Source of the DNA: Desulfovibrio sp. UBA2564
GTDB lineage: Bacteria > Desulfobacterota > Desulfovibrionia > Desulfovibrionales > Desulfovibrionaceae
Assembly: GCA_002340305.1 (NCBI GenBank)
Contig: DDLU01000046.1
Location: 1-45,813 of the forward strand
Reading direction: 5' to 3'
DNA: 45,813 bases
In this document: positions 1 to 9,226 of the stretch, in pieces
Position numbering within the stretch: position 1 is the stretch's first letter
Layout: each line of letters starts with the position of its first letter
Notes under the pieces: generated by a model
Told to the model about the DNA's origin: nothing
What the model saw: only the letters and a program-made list of their open reading frames with translations
Database searches by the model: none
Made by a program: the position numbers and the translations under genes

Positions 1-11
1 TACTTAAATTC

Positions 12-1835
12 TTATGCTTCTTTCTTTTCGCGAAGGCGTACGCCGAGCTCACGGAGCTGGGTGCTGGATACGCCTGCGGGTGCTTCGGTCATCAGGCAGG
101 TTGCTTTCTGTGTTTTGGGGAAAGCGATAACGTCCCTGATGGATTTTGCGCCGCACAGAATCATAATAAGTCTGTCCAGACCAAAAGCAATACCACCGTG
201 CGGCGGTGCACCGAACTGGAGTGCATCCATGAGGAAGCCGAATTTGGCGCGGGCTTCTTCTTCGTCGATACCCAGAGCAGCAAACATTTTTTCCTGCATT
301 TCGGGAGTGTGGATACGGATGGAACCGCCACCTACTTCGTAACCGTTCATAACGAGGTCGTACGCACGGGCGAGAGCTTCAGCGGGTTTATCTGCCAGTT
401 CGTCGATCTGCCCTTCCTGCGGAGAGGTAAAGGGATGGTGACGGGCAACGTAGCGTTTTTCGTCAGCGTTGTACTCAAGCAGCGGAAAGTCAGTAACCCA
501 GAGGGGAGCGAACTTAGACTCATCGATGAGTTCGAAGCGTTCACCGAGCTTGGTACGCAGTGCAGCAAGAGCGGCGTTGACGATGTCAGCAGCTCCGGCC
601 TGAAAGAAAAGGATATCACCGGGCTGGCAGTTGGTGAGTTCACGCAGCTTTGCGCATTTTTCTTCGGAGAAAAATTTTACGATGGGAGACTGCCATTCGC
701 CGTCTTCCTTAACTTTAATCCAAGCAAGGCCTTTGGAACCGTAGATTTCTACGAATTTGGTGTATTCGTCGATTTCTTTACGGGAAAGTTCAGCACCACC
801 CGGAACACGCAGAATCTTGATCAGCTCGGAGCTGGCGAAGACCTTGAAGTCGGACCCCTTGAAAATATCGGTAGCTTCCTGAAGCTTGAGGTCGAAACGT
901 ACGTCAGGCTTATCGCAACCGTAGTCGCGCATGGCATCTGCGTAGGTCATGCGGGGGAAGGATGCGGGAAGTTCGGTTTCGATGGTCTCCTTGAAGACGG
1001 TGCGAACCATTTCTTCAGCCATGCCCATGACCTGCTCTTCGTTGACAAAGCTCATTTCGATATCGATCTGGGTAAACTCAGGCTGACGGTCGGCACGAAG
1101 GTCTTCGTCACGGAAGCATTTAACGATCTGGAAGTAACGGTCCATGCCGGAAACCATGAGCATCTGCTTGAACAGCTGCGGGGACTGCGGCAGGGCGTAG
1201 AAATCACCGTTGTTCATACGGCTGGGAACGAGGAAGTCACGCGCACCTTCGGGAGTGGACTTGGTCAATACCGGAGTTTCGATTTCGAGGAAACCGAGGT
1301 TGTCGAGGTAACGGCGTACGGACTGGGCAGCCTTGTTGCGAAGAATGAAATTCTTGGCAAGTGTGGGGCGGCGCAGGTCCAGAAAACGGTATTTCAGACG
1401 CAGCATTTCAGAAGCGTCACTGCGGTCTTCAATGGCGAAGGGAGGAGTTTCAGAAGTGTTGAGGAGCTTCCACTCATCAACAACGATTTCGATCTCACCG
1501 GTGGTCAGATTTTCGTTACGCATACCCTCGGGACGTGCGCGAACTTCACCTTTGATGGCTACCACATATTCGGAGCGGATAGCGTGTGCGCGCTCGTGAG
1601 CGTCTGCATTGTGCTCAGGGCTGAAAACAACCTGAGTAAGACCTTCACGGTCACGCAGGTCGATGAAGATCAGGCCACCATGGTCACGGCGGAACTGTAC
1701 CCAACCCATGATCAGGACTTTTTCACCCATGTTTGCTGCGGTGATCTCGTTGCAGCTGTGGGTACGTGTCCAGTCGCCGAGGGATTCAATCACCCGGTAT
1801 TCGTCATAATCGCGTTCTTCAATCTGTTCAGACAT
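12..1835 (-). CDS. aspS: Aspartate--tRNA ligase
   Basis: N-terminal OB fold (RDHGGLIFIDLRD), class II motifs (LPQSPQLFKQ, FRDEDLRADRQPEFTQID, GAPPHGGIAFGLDR); follows hisS. Confidence 0.98.
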   Translation of the reverse strand: MSEQIEERDYDEYRVIESLGDWTRTHSCNEITAANMGEKVLIMGWVQFRRDHGGLIFIDLRDREGLTQVVFSPEHNADAHERAHAIRSEYVVAIKGEVRARPEGMRNENLTTGEIEIVVDEWKLLNTSETPPFAIEDRSDASEMLRLKYRFLDLRRPTLAKNFILRNKAAQSVRRYLDNLGFLEIETPVLTKSTPEGARDFLVPSRMNNGDFYALPQSPQLFKQMLMVSGMDRYFQIVKCFRDEDLRADRQPEFTQIDIEMSFVNEEQVMGMAEEMVRTVFKETIETELPASFPRMTYADAMRDYGCDKPDVRFDLKLQEATDIFKGSDFKVFASSELIKILRVPGGAELSRKEIDEYTKFVEIYGSKGLAWIKVKEDGEWQSPIVKFFSEEKCAKLRELTNCQPGDILFFQAGAADIVNAALAALRTKLGERFELIDESKFAPLWVTDFPLLEYNADEKRYVARHHPFTSPQEGQIDELADKPAEALARAYDLVMNGYEVGGGSIRIHTPEMQEKMFAALGIDEEEARAKFGFLMDALQFGAPPHGGIAFGLDRLIMILCGAKSIRDVIAFPKTQKATCLMTEAPAGVSSTQLRELGVRLREKKEA

Positions 1836-1869
1836 TTTTTAGTCTCTCCCGATATTATTTGAAAATTTT

Positions 1870-3108
1870 CTATTTGAAATATGCATCACGGCTGACAGTT
1901 TCCTGCTCGCCGCCTTCGGTCATATCCTTGATAGTGACCGTTCCGTTTTCGAATTCGTCCGCACCGAAGATGAAACACTTCGCTGCGTTAATTTTGTTGG
2001 CATGACGCAGCTGGGCTTTCATGCTCTTGGCAGTAAAACCAACTTCGCCTTTAAGACCTAAGCGACGCAGTTTCTCACCGAAGATGAGTGCGTCTTTAGC
2101 AGCTCTTTCATCCACCAGAGCTACATAAAAATCTGTTGCTGCTTCGTATTCGCCTTCCAGCAGCATAGCCAGACGCTCCATTCCGCAGGCAAAACCGATT
2201 CCCGGAACCTTCTTGGGGCCGCCGAGAGATTCCACCAGACCGTCATAACGTCCGCCACCGGCAACAGCAGTCTGCGCTCCGATATCGCCGGAAGTTACTT
2301 CGAAAGTGGTGCGCTGGTAGTAATCCAATCCACGTACCAGACGGGGATTGAGGGTATATTCCAGTCCTGCTTCATTGATGAGGCTGATTACTACATCGAA
2401 GTGCTCGCGGCACTCTCCGCAAAGGTGGTCGGGAATAGCGGGAGCGTCCTTGGTCAGCTCCTTACATTTCTTGACCTTGCAGTCGAGTACACGCAGGGGG
2501 TTGGTGTCCACGCGACGCTGGCAGTCATCGCAAAGTTCGCTCTTGTCGAGAGAATTGAAGAAATCCTTGAGAGCCTGATTGTACTTGGGACGACATTCAG
2601 GGCAGCCAAGGGAATTCAGTTCAAATGAAAGCTTCTCCAGACCGATTCCTTTCAGGAAGCCGGAAAGCATAAGCAGAACTTCTGCATCAGCCTGAGGCTC
2701 GGAAGCACCGAAGACTTCGGCATTGATCTGATGGAACTGGCGCATGCGTCCAGCCTGCGGTCTTTCGTAACGGAACATGGGACCGAAGGTGAAAAATTTG
2801 CTCACTTTACCCGGCTGGTAAACCTTGTTTTCCACGTATGCGCGGACAACACCTGCGGTTGCCTCGGGGCGCATGGTCAGGGAGCGGCCTTTGCGGTCGG
2901 GAAAGGTGTACATTTCTTTCTGCACAACATCAGTTTCTTCACCGATGGAGCGACAGAAAAGTTCGGTCTTTTCAAGGATAGGAGTCCTCAGTTCGCCGAA
3001 ACCGTAAGAGGTGAAAACATCCCTCGCGGTCTTCTCCATGAACGCATATCTCGCGCTATCCTCTGGGAAGAGGTCTGCAACGCCTTTGATTTTCTGTATT
3101 TTTGCCAT
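1870..3108 (-). CDS. hisS: Histidine--tRNA ligase
   Basis: RPEATA, FRYERPQAGRMRQFHQ, LVRGLDYY, GGGRYDGL motifs; hisS-aspS order. Confidence 0.98.
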   Translation of the reverse strand: MAKIQKIKGVADLFPEDSARYAFMEKTARDVFTSYGFGELRTPILEKTELFCRSIGEETDVVQKEMYTFPDRKGRSLTMRPEATAGVVRAYVENKVYQPGKVSKFFTFGPMFRYERPQAGRMRQFHQINAEVFGASEPQADAEVLLMLSGFLKGIGLEKLSFELNSLGCPECRPKYNQALKDFFNSLDKSELCDDCQRRVDTNPLRVLDCKVKKCKELTKDAPAIPDHLCGECREHFDVVISLINEAGLEYTLNPRLVRGLDYYQRTTFEVTSGDIGAQTAVAGGGRYDGLVESLGGPKKVPGIGFACGMERLAMLLEGEYEAATDFYVALVDERAAKDALIFGEKLRRLGLKGEVGFTAKSMKAQLRHANKINAAKCFIFGADEFENGTVTIKDMTEGGEQETVSRDAYFK

Positions 3109-3301
3109 TTATCTTCTCTTTGCGAATTTCCGGGGTATACTGATATTGGTAGTCCGCCCCCGGCACGGAGTGTGGAACCAAATTTCGTTAGTCTATTATC
3201 ATACGAATGTCAAAAGATGAGCAGACAGACCAGGCCTTATCAGTCGTCCGGTTGCCAAGCAAGCCAAGCTGCGGCATTAAAGGGGCAGGAGATTAAACAT
3301 T

Positions 3302-3772
3302 ATGGAAATGATCACTTCACAGGATTACGAAGAATATATCGGTCCCAACACGGGCAAATATCTTTTCAATTTCGCCAAGTTCCAGCAGTTGCATGACGGA
3401 TTTACCATCACTTGGCACTGGCCTGCATTTTTGTTCGGGTTCTGGTGGTTCCTGTACCGTAAAATGTACTTCTGGGCCGCTATTACTTTCCTAATCGGCT
3501 TCCTGCCCTTTGGAAATTTCATTGCCCAGATCGGATACGGCATGAGCGCATACTTCTTCTACTACCGTGACACCACAGCTAAAATCGGGGCTATCAAATC
3601 CACAGCCCCTATGGGCGGAGCCTCAATTATCATGCGCGATACCGGAGGAGTTCACAGCTGGGTTAAGATTTTAGGCCTGCTTTGTTTTTTCCTGCAACCG
3701 CTGTGGATATTCTTCATGTCGCTTTTCTTCGGAAGTGCTTTCATCTTTTCTTTCCATCAAGTTGTGGTATGA
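3302..3772 (+). CDS. DUF2628-like membrane protein
   Basis: WHWPAFLFGFWWFLYRKMY motif, several hydrophobic segments; AGGAG RBS upstream. Confidence 0.75.
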   Translation: MEMITSQDYEEYIGPNTGKYLFNFAKFQQLHDGFTITWHWPAFLFGFWWFLYRKMYFWAAITFLIGFLPFGNFIAQIGYGMSAYFFYYRDTTAKIGAIKSTAPMGGASIIMRDTGGVHSWVKILGLLCFFLQPLWIFFMSLFFGSAFIFSFHQVVV

Positions 3773-3810
3773 TAGGAGTCACTACCATTATTTGAAGGGG
3801 GGATTCCTAA

Positions 3811-4722
3811 ATGAAAAAAACGATTTCACTCAGGTTGCTCTGCTCTTTCTTTGTGGCGGCAATGTCGATCATGCTGCTTTCCGCCAGCGACTCTTTGGCG
3901 CAAAAACGGTTGGCACTGCTGATCGGCAACTCGGCCTATAAGAATGGACCACTGAAAAACCCGGTCAACGACGTAACTGCCATGGACAGAGCCCTCACTA
4001 AAGTTGGGTTTGATGTCATGGTGCTGAAAAATGCGGACCGCAATGCCATCGGCCGGGCAATCGACAGCTTCGGCAGCAAGCTGAAAAATTATGATGTGGG
4101 ACTGTTTTATTTCTCCGGGCACGGCTTGCAGGTCAATGGAATCAACTACCTCTGTCCGCTGGGCATGAAGCTTCAAGGGCAGTCTGATGTTCCTTACGAA
4201 GCCATTGATGCCGGAAAGGTGCTCGCAAAAATGGAAGATGCCGGAAACCGCATGAACGTGGTTATTCTTGATGCCTGCCGCAACAACCCCTTCAAACGCA
4301 GCTTCCGTTCCGCCCGCAACGGACTGGCCCAGATGGATGCGCCCACTGGTTCATTCATCGCCTTTGCCACTTCTCCGGGCAAGGTTGCTTATGACGGCAA
4401 GGACCGCAACAGCCCCTACGTGACCCACATGATCGGCAACATGAACACAAAAGACATGACCATTGAAAAATTCTTCAAGCAGGTCCGCCGCGGCGTGATG
4501 AAAGACACCGGCAAAAAGCAGGTTCCGTGGGAATCCTCTTCCATGGTCGGAGACTTCTACTTCGCAGGGAAAGGAACATCATCTTCCAGTTCTTCCAGCT
4601 CATCATCTGCTTCGCAGTCTTCAAGCCAACCTGCAAGCACACAGCAGCAATATACTCCCTCACCGCCCCCCAAGCCCAAGAAGAGCAAAGATGAGCAGAT
4701 TATGGATATGATTTTGAATTAG
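3811..4722 (+). CDS. Exported caspase-family (peptidase C14) protein
   Basis: Signal peptide; ALLIGNSAY, LKNPVND, catalytic YFSGHG and ILDACR, QVPW; Ser/Gln/Pro-rich tail. Confidence 0.9.
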   Translation: MKKTISLRLLCSFFVAAMSIMLLSASDSLAQKRLALLIGNSAYKNGPLKNPVNDVTAMDRALTKVGFDVMVLKNADRNAIGRAIDSFGSKLKNYDVGLFYFSGHGLQVNGINYLCPLGMKLQGQSDVPYEAIDAGKVLAKMEDAGNRMNVVILDACRNNPFKRSFRSARNGLAQMDAPTGSFIAFATSPGKVAYDGKDRNSPYVTHMIGNMNTKDMTIEKFFKQVRRGVMKDTGKKQVPWESSSMVGDFYFAGKGTSSSSSSSSSSASQSSSQPASTQQQYTPSPPPKPKKSKDEQIMDMILN

Positions 4723-4725
4723 ATC

Positions 4726-4757
4726 AAAAAAAAGGCCCGCTTAAACGGGTCTTTTTT
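4726..4757. terminator. Bidirectional intrinsic terminator between convergent caspase and cysE genes
   Basis: A8-GGCCCG...CGGGTC-T6 hairpin. Confidence 0.8.
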
Positions 4758-4764
4758 AATTTCA

Positions 4765-5649
4765 TTATCTTTGCAGCAATCTCTCACCGGCATCAACTGA
4801 TCTGGTCACCCAGACGTTACCGCCGATGACCGAGCCTTCGCCGATGGTCACTCGACCGAGGATGGTGGCCCCGGAGTAGACGATGACATCATCTTCTACG
4901 ATGGGATGTCGGGGGATGCCTTTGATTAGCTGACCGGAATCATCAGAGGGGAAGCTCTTCGCTCCCAAGGTCACGCCCTGATAGAGCCGCACGTTACGAC
5001 CTATGATGCAGGTTTCACCGATAACGGTGCCTGTGCCGTGATCGATAAAGAAATGTTCGCCCACCTGTGCACCGGGGTGGATATCAATCCCGGTTTTAGA
5101 ATGGGCCATCTCGCCGATAATGCGCGGGATAAGGTCCACGTCCAGCTTGTAAAGCCCATGGGCGATACGGTGATGGGTCATAGCGATGATGCTGGGGTAA
5201 CAGAAAATAGTCTCGCCGGGACTTTTGGATGCGGGATCACCCACGTATGCGGCCTGCACATCAGTTGCGAGCAGACGGCGGATTTCCGGCAGCTTGAGCA
5301 TAAACTCAGAAGCAATGCGACTTGCATCCGCTTCACAGCTGGTACAGTTGAATTCCTCGGCCTTGCAGAAAAAACAGTGTCCGCGCAGAATCTGTTCTTC
5401 CAGAATTCTGAATGCCGCATCGAGGTTGCCCCCGATGTGGTAACGCATGGTCTCGGGACGAATTTCGGACTGCCCGAAATAACCGGGAAACAGAACCGCC
5501 CGCAGCCTTTCCACAAACTCGCCCAGTGCATCAATTGAAGGCATGGGGCGGTCATGCTCAGGCATGTGATAAACTGTCTGATATGACTCTTCCTCGCACA
5601 GAGCATCCACAACCTTCGTCAGCACAGAGCCGCCGATCTTACTAACCAT
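4765..5649 (-). CDS. cysE: Serine O-acetyltransferase (EpsC/CysE type)
   Basis: GIDIHPGAQVG..FFIDHGTGTVIGET, YQGVTLG, RHP hexapeptide repeats; downstream of cysK. Confidence 0.92.
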   Translation of the reverse strand: MVSKIGGSVLTKVVDALCEEESYQTVYHMPEHDRPMPSIDALGEFVERLRAVLFPGYFGQSEIRPETMRYHIGGNLDAAFRILEEQILRGHCFFCKAEEFNCTSCEADASRIASEFMLKLPEIRRLLATDVQAAYVGDPASKSPGETIFCYPSIIAMTHHRIAHGLYKLDVDLIPRIIGEMAHSKTGIDIHPGAQVGEHFFIDHGTGTVIGETCIIGRNVRLYQGVTLGAKSFPSDDSGQLIKGIPRHPIVEDDVIVYSGATILGRVTIGEGSVIGGNVWVTRSVDAGERLLQR

Positions 5650-5659
5650 TTTCTAAACC

Positions 5660-6583
5660 TTAATCCTTAAACAGCGCAGTGCTTAAGTAGCGTTCCCCGG
5701 TATCGGGGACTACAAACACCACAAGTTTATCTTTATTTTCCTCTCGTTTCGCGATCTCCACAGCCGCATGAGCCGCTGCCCCGGCTGAAATACCACACAA
5801 AATCCCTTCTTCCTGAATAAGTCTGCGTGACATGGTGATGGCATCTTCATCCGCGACCTTAACGATCTCGTCAATAACCTCAGTCTGCAACACATCAGGA
5901 ACAAACCCGGCACCGATTCCCTGAATCCCGTGCGGGGAAGGGCCACCGCCGGACAGGACCGGAGATTTTTCCGGCTCAACCGCAACGACTTTAATATCAG
6001 GATTGCGTTTTTTCAGCTCAGCACCGACTCCGGTGACAGTGCCACCGGTGCCAACTCCGGCTACGAAAATATCGATCTCTCCGTCAGTATCTTCCCAAAT
6101 TTCATTGACGGTTTTATTACGGTGAGCAAGCGGATTGTCCGGGTTATCGAACTGCAAAGGCAAAAAAGCATTGGGGTCGGCCCCGGCAATTTCCCTGGCC
6201 TTGTTCACTGCTCCGGTCATACCCTTTGCCGCCGGGGTCAGCACCAGTTCCGCACCAAAACCCTTGAGCAGAGCCTTACGTTCCTGACTCATGGATTCCG
6301 GCATGGTCAGCACAAGCTTGTACCCTTTCACTGCGCAGACAAAAGCCAGCCCGATTCCGGTATTACCGCTGGTCGGTTCAACAACAGTCGCACCCGGCTT
6401 GAGTGCGCCACGCTTCTCCGCTTCCTCAATCATGGAAACGCCGATGCGGTCTTTAACTGATGAACAGGGGTTAAAAAATTCCAGCTTGGCCACAACATTC
6501 CCGGCACAGCCTTCTGTCACTTTGTTAAGCATGACAAGCGGAGTTCCACCAACCAGTGAGATCATATTTTCATGAATATTCAT
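5660..6583 (-). CDS. cysK: Cysteine synthase A
   Basis: NPCSSVKDR (PLP lysine), [25 protein letters not shown]. Confidence 0.96.
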   Translation of the reverse strand: MNIHENMISLVGGTPLVMLNKVTEGCAGNVVAKLEFFNPCSSVKDRIGVSMIEEAEKRGALKPGATVVEPTSGNTGIGLAFVCAVKGYKLVLTMPESMSQERKALLKGFGAELVLTPAAKGMTGAVNKAREIAGADPNAFLPLQFDNPDNPLAHRNKTVNEIWEDTDGEIDIFVAGVGTGGTVTGVGAELKKRNPDIKVVAVEPEKSPVLSGGGPSPHGIQGIGAGFVPDVLQTEVIDEIVKVADEDAITMSRRLIQEEGILCGISAGAAAHAAVEIAKREENKDKLVVFVVPDTGERYLSTALFKD

Positions 6584-6586
6584 AAT

Positions 6587-6836
6587 GCCTCCGACGGCTT
6601 AAACCCTTTGGACAGGGTTTAAGAATCCCAAACTTTTTTAATAAGCTTCGCTCACTAGCAATAAAATTTGTGCTCTAGCAACCACTCCCCTATTTAGAAC
6701 GGCGAAGCCATACTAAAAGATTTTGATTCGCCTCGTCCTGAGGCTCACCCCTTCGGGGCATCGCCTGCTTGGCAACGTCCAAATCCTCTTTCTTGAGGAT
6801 TTGTGGGAGAGTCCAAAGCCCCCTTTTGCAAAGGGC
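6587..6836. repeat. REPIN-like palindromic intergenic element (copy A) with nested insert
   Basis: Left arm GCCTCCGACGGCTTAAACCCTTTGGACAGGGTTTAAGAATCCCAAAC...GCTTCGC; inverted right arm GGCGAAGC..AAAAGATTTTG; similar to 27156-27382 and 29334-29540. Confidence 0.8.
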
Positions 6837-6841
6837 AAATC

Positions 6842-8032
6842 TTAATGATCGTGATCTTCCACCCAATCCAGACCTTCATCACCGCGTCTGAACGGAGACA
6901 TTTCTCTCAAGCGAGAAATGATCGGCGGTAGCTCTCGGAGCACCAGATCAATGTCTTCGTCAGTGTTGTAGGTGGACAGGGAGAAACGGAGTGAGCCGTG
7001 GGCAAAGGTAAAAGGCACACCCATGGCCCGGAGCACATGTGACGGCTCAAGGGAACCGGAAGTACAGGCAGAGCCGGAACTTGCAGCAATGCCGAACTGG
7101 TCAAGCATGAGCAGCATGGCCTCACCTTCAATATACTTAAAAGCAATGGACAGGGTGTTAGGCAGCCTCATTTCCTGATCTCCGTTGATGATGGCATCGG
7201 GGATGGCAGCCACAAGACCCTTTTCAAGACGGTCACGCATGGCGCGCACCCGGGTATTCTCATCGTCAATATGCTTAACAGCAAGCTCCATGGCTACGCC
7301 AAGACCGACAATACCGGGAATATTTTCAGTTCCGCCGCGTCTGCCGTGCTCCTGATGCCCACCGAGCATGAAGGGACGGAAAGGCGCATTCTTGCGCACG
7401 AACAGGGCACCGACACCTTTGGGGGCGTGGATTTTGTGACCGGAAAGAACAAGATAATCCACAGGCAGGGTTTTAAGGTCGATGGGGATCTTACCCACAG
7501 CCTGCACAGCATCGGTATGGAAAAGCACACCGTGCTTCTTGGCGATTTCAGCCATTTCCTGAATAGGAGAAATCACACCGGATTCATTGTTTGCGTACAT
7601 GACCGAAACAAGAGCGGTATCGGGCCGTAATGCAGTGCGGTACTGATCCATATCGAACATGCCCTTGGAATCTACGGACAGGTAGGTCACATCGTAACCC
7701 TTGCGCTCATAATGCTTGGCAACATTGAGTACCGCAGGATGCTCCACGCGGGTGGTAATTATGTGCCGCTTTTCCGGCTGTGCTTCGAGAGCGGAAAAAA
7801 TAGCTGTGTTGTCACCCTCAGTTCCACAGGAGGTGAAAATAATTTCATCAGGGTCGCAATTGAGACCGGAAGCAATTTTCTGACGGGCCTGCTCCATGAG
7901 CATACCGGACTGACCGCCGAGACGGTGCATGGATGAAGGGTTACCGAACTCATCGCCGAGCAGGGGGATAATTGCCTCACGCACTTCCGGTGCGACCATA
8001 GTGGTAGCGTTGTTATCGAGATATGCTGACAT
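6842..8032 (-). CDS. nifS: Cysteine desulfurase NifS
   Basis: YLDNNATT, HTDAVQ, SGHKIHAPKG, SSGSACTSGSLEPSHVL; adjacent to nifU. Confidence 0.95.
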   Translation of the reverse strand: MSAYLDNNATTMVAPEVREAIIPLLGDEFGNPSSMHRLGGQSGMLMEQARQKIASGLNCDPDEIIFTSCGTEGDNTAIFSALEAQPEKRHIITTRVEHPAVLNVAKHYERKGYDVTYLSVDSKGMFDMDQYRTALRPDTALVSVMYANNESGVISPIQEMAEIAKKHGVLFHTDAVQAVGKIPIDLKTLPVDYLVLSGHKIHAPKGVGALFVRKNAPFRPFMLGGHQEHGRRGGTENIPGIVGLGVAMELAVKHIDDENTRVRAMRDRLEKGLVAAIPDAIINGDQEMRLPNTLSIAFKYIEGEAMLLMLDQFGIAASSGSACTSGSLEPSHVLRAMGVPFTFAHGSLRFSLSTYNTDEDIDLVLRELPPIISRLREMSPFRRGDEGLDWVEDHDH

Positions 8033-8034
8033 AA

Positions 8035-8874
8035 TTATGCCTCCCGTACGCTGATTTCAGGTTCCACGGTATCCTTGAGACGACGCTCAACAAAATCCTT
8101 GAGAGTACGTCCGCTTGAAGGACAGCCTACGCAGGCTCCGCGCAGGGAAACGATTACTTCGTGACCGTCAATGTCGATAAGTTCGATGTCACCGCCGTCC
8201 TTATTCAGGGCCGGACGGATTTCCTCATCAATAACCTTAGTCACCAGTTGAAAACGCTTGATGTTGGTCAGCTTTGTGGGCTTTTCCGGCTGTGGTGCAG
8301 GCTTGGCAGCTTCGCCGGTCAGGACCTCTGTAATGATCTCATTGATGCGACCATGGCAGTCCTCACAACCGCCACCGGCCTTTGTGAAGTTGGTAACTTC
8401 TTCAAGGGTGGTCAACTTATTTTCCTTAACGGCACGAATGATCTGAAGATCGGTTACGCCGAAACACTTACAGACTATTTCGCCTTCAGGGGCTGGAGCA
8501 GCTTCGAGGCCGCGATACTTGCGAATCGCATCTTCAAGTGCTTCCTGTCCCATCACGGAACAGTGCATCTTTTCCTTGGGCAGTCCGCCAAGGGCCTCGG
8601 CAATATCCTTGTTGGAAACCTTTACAGCTTCATCAAGAGTCATGCCCTTGATCAACTCGGTAAGTACGGAACTGGAGGCGATGGCACTGGCACAGCCGAA
8701 AGTCTGAAACTTTGCATCTGTAATACGCTCGTCTTCATCAATTTTCAGAAACAACCTGAGAGCATCGCCGCAGGAGAGAGAACCGACTTCGCCGATAGCG
8801 TCTGCGTCTTCGATCACCCCTACATTCTGGGGATTAAGAAAGTGCTCTTGAACTTTATTAGTATATTCCCACAT
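8035..8874 (-). CDS. nifU: Fe-S cluster scaffold NifU (three-domain)
   Basis: IscU-like N domain (CGD, FGCASA, MHCS), central CKC...GGGCEDC, C-terminal Nfu CVGC; start moved to ATG 8874 behind GGAGGA. Confidence 0.95.
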   Translation of the reverse strand: MWEYTNKVQEHFLNPQNVGVIEDADAIGEVGSLSCGDALRLFLKIDEDERITDAKFQTFGCASAIASSSVLTELIKGMTLDEAVKVSNKDIAEALGGLPKEKMHCSVMGQEALEDAIRKYRGLEAAPAPEGEIVCKCFGVTDLQIIRAVKENKLTTLEEVTNFTKAGGGCEDCHGRINEIITEVLTGEAAKPAPQPEKPTKLTNIKRFQLVTKVIDEEIRPALNKDGGDIELIDIDGHEVIVSLRGACVGCPSSGRTLKDFVERRLKDTVEPEISVREA

Positions 8875-8988
8875 ATTATCCTCCACATCTCTATTACGTG
8901 AATCTGTTTATAAGAAATATCTCAAGCATACCCTCTTCCGCAAAATTTCGAAAGAAAAACGGTCTGCTATTTCATTTTCAACAAAATT

Positions 8989-9007
8989 TCATACCATTTT
9001 AGTATGA
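8989..9007. promoter_or_regulatory. Palindromic operator candidate upstream of nifU operon (Rrf2-family-like)
   Basis: TCATAC-N7-GTATGA perfect inverted repeat in AT-rich upstream region. Confidence 0.45.
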
Positions 9008-9226
9008 TTTATTTTACGCTTAAGCCCCATGCTTAGCAAGTTTTTTGTACTATCACCCTACAAATTAGGTTGTAATCCTTAAATGACAAGGGGGGAAAGA
9101 TGAATTCCCCTCATTTTCATTCCAAAATATGCTCAGGTCTGCATTAGAAATGCGGCTAAACATTATTAAAAAAATATTGGCCCCGGGGGAAAATTTATCC
9201 ACCAAAACGCACGGAACGCATCAGAC

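Noticed and set aside
198-1862. 554-aa + strand ORF
   Set aside because: Antisense shadow of aspS caused by codon bias; no recognisable motifs
6587-6836. Palindromic repeats as a CRISPR array or IS ends
   Set aside because: No regularly spaced direct repeats with spacers, no cas or transposase genes; copies are dispersed
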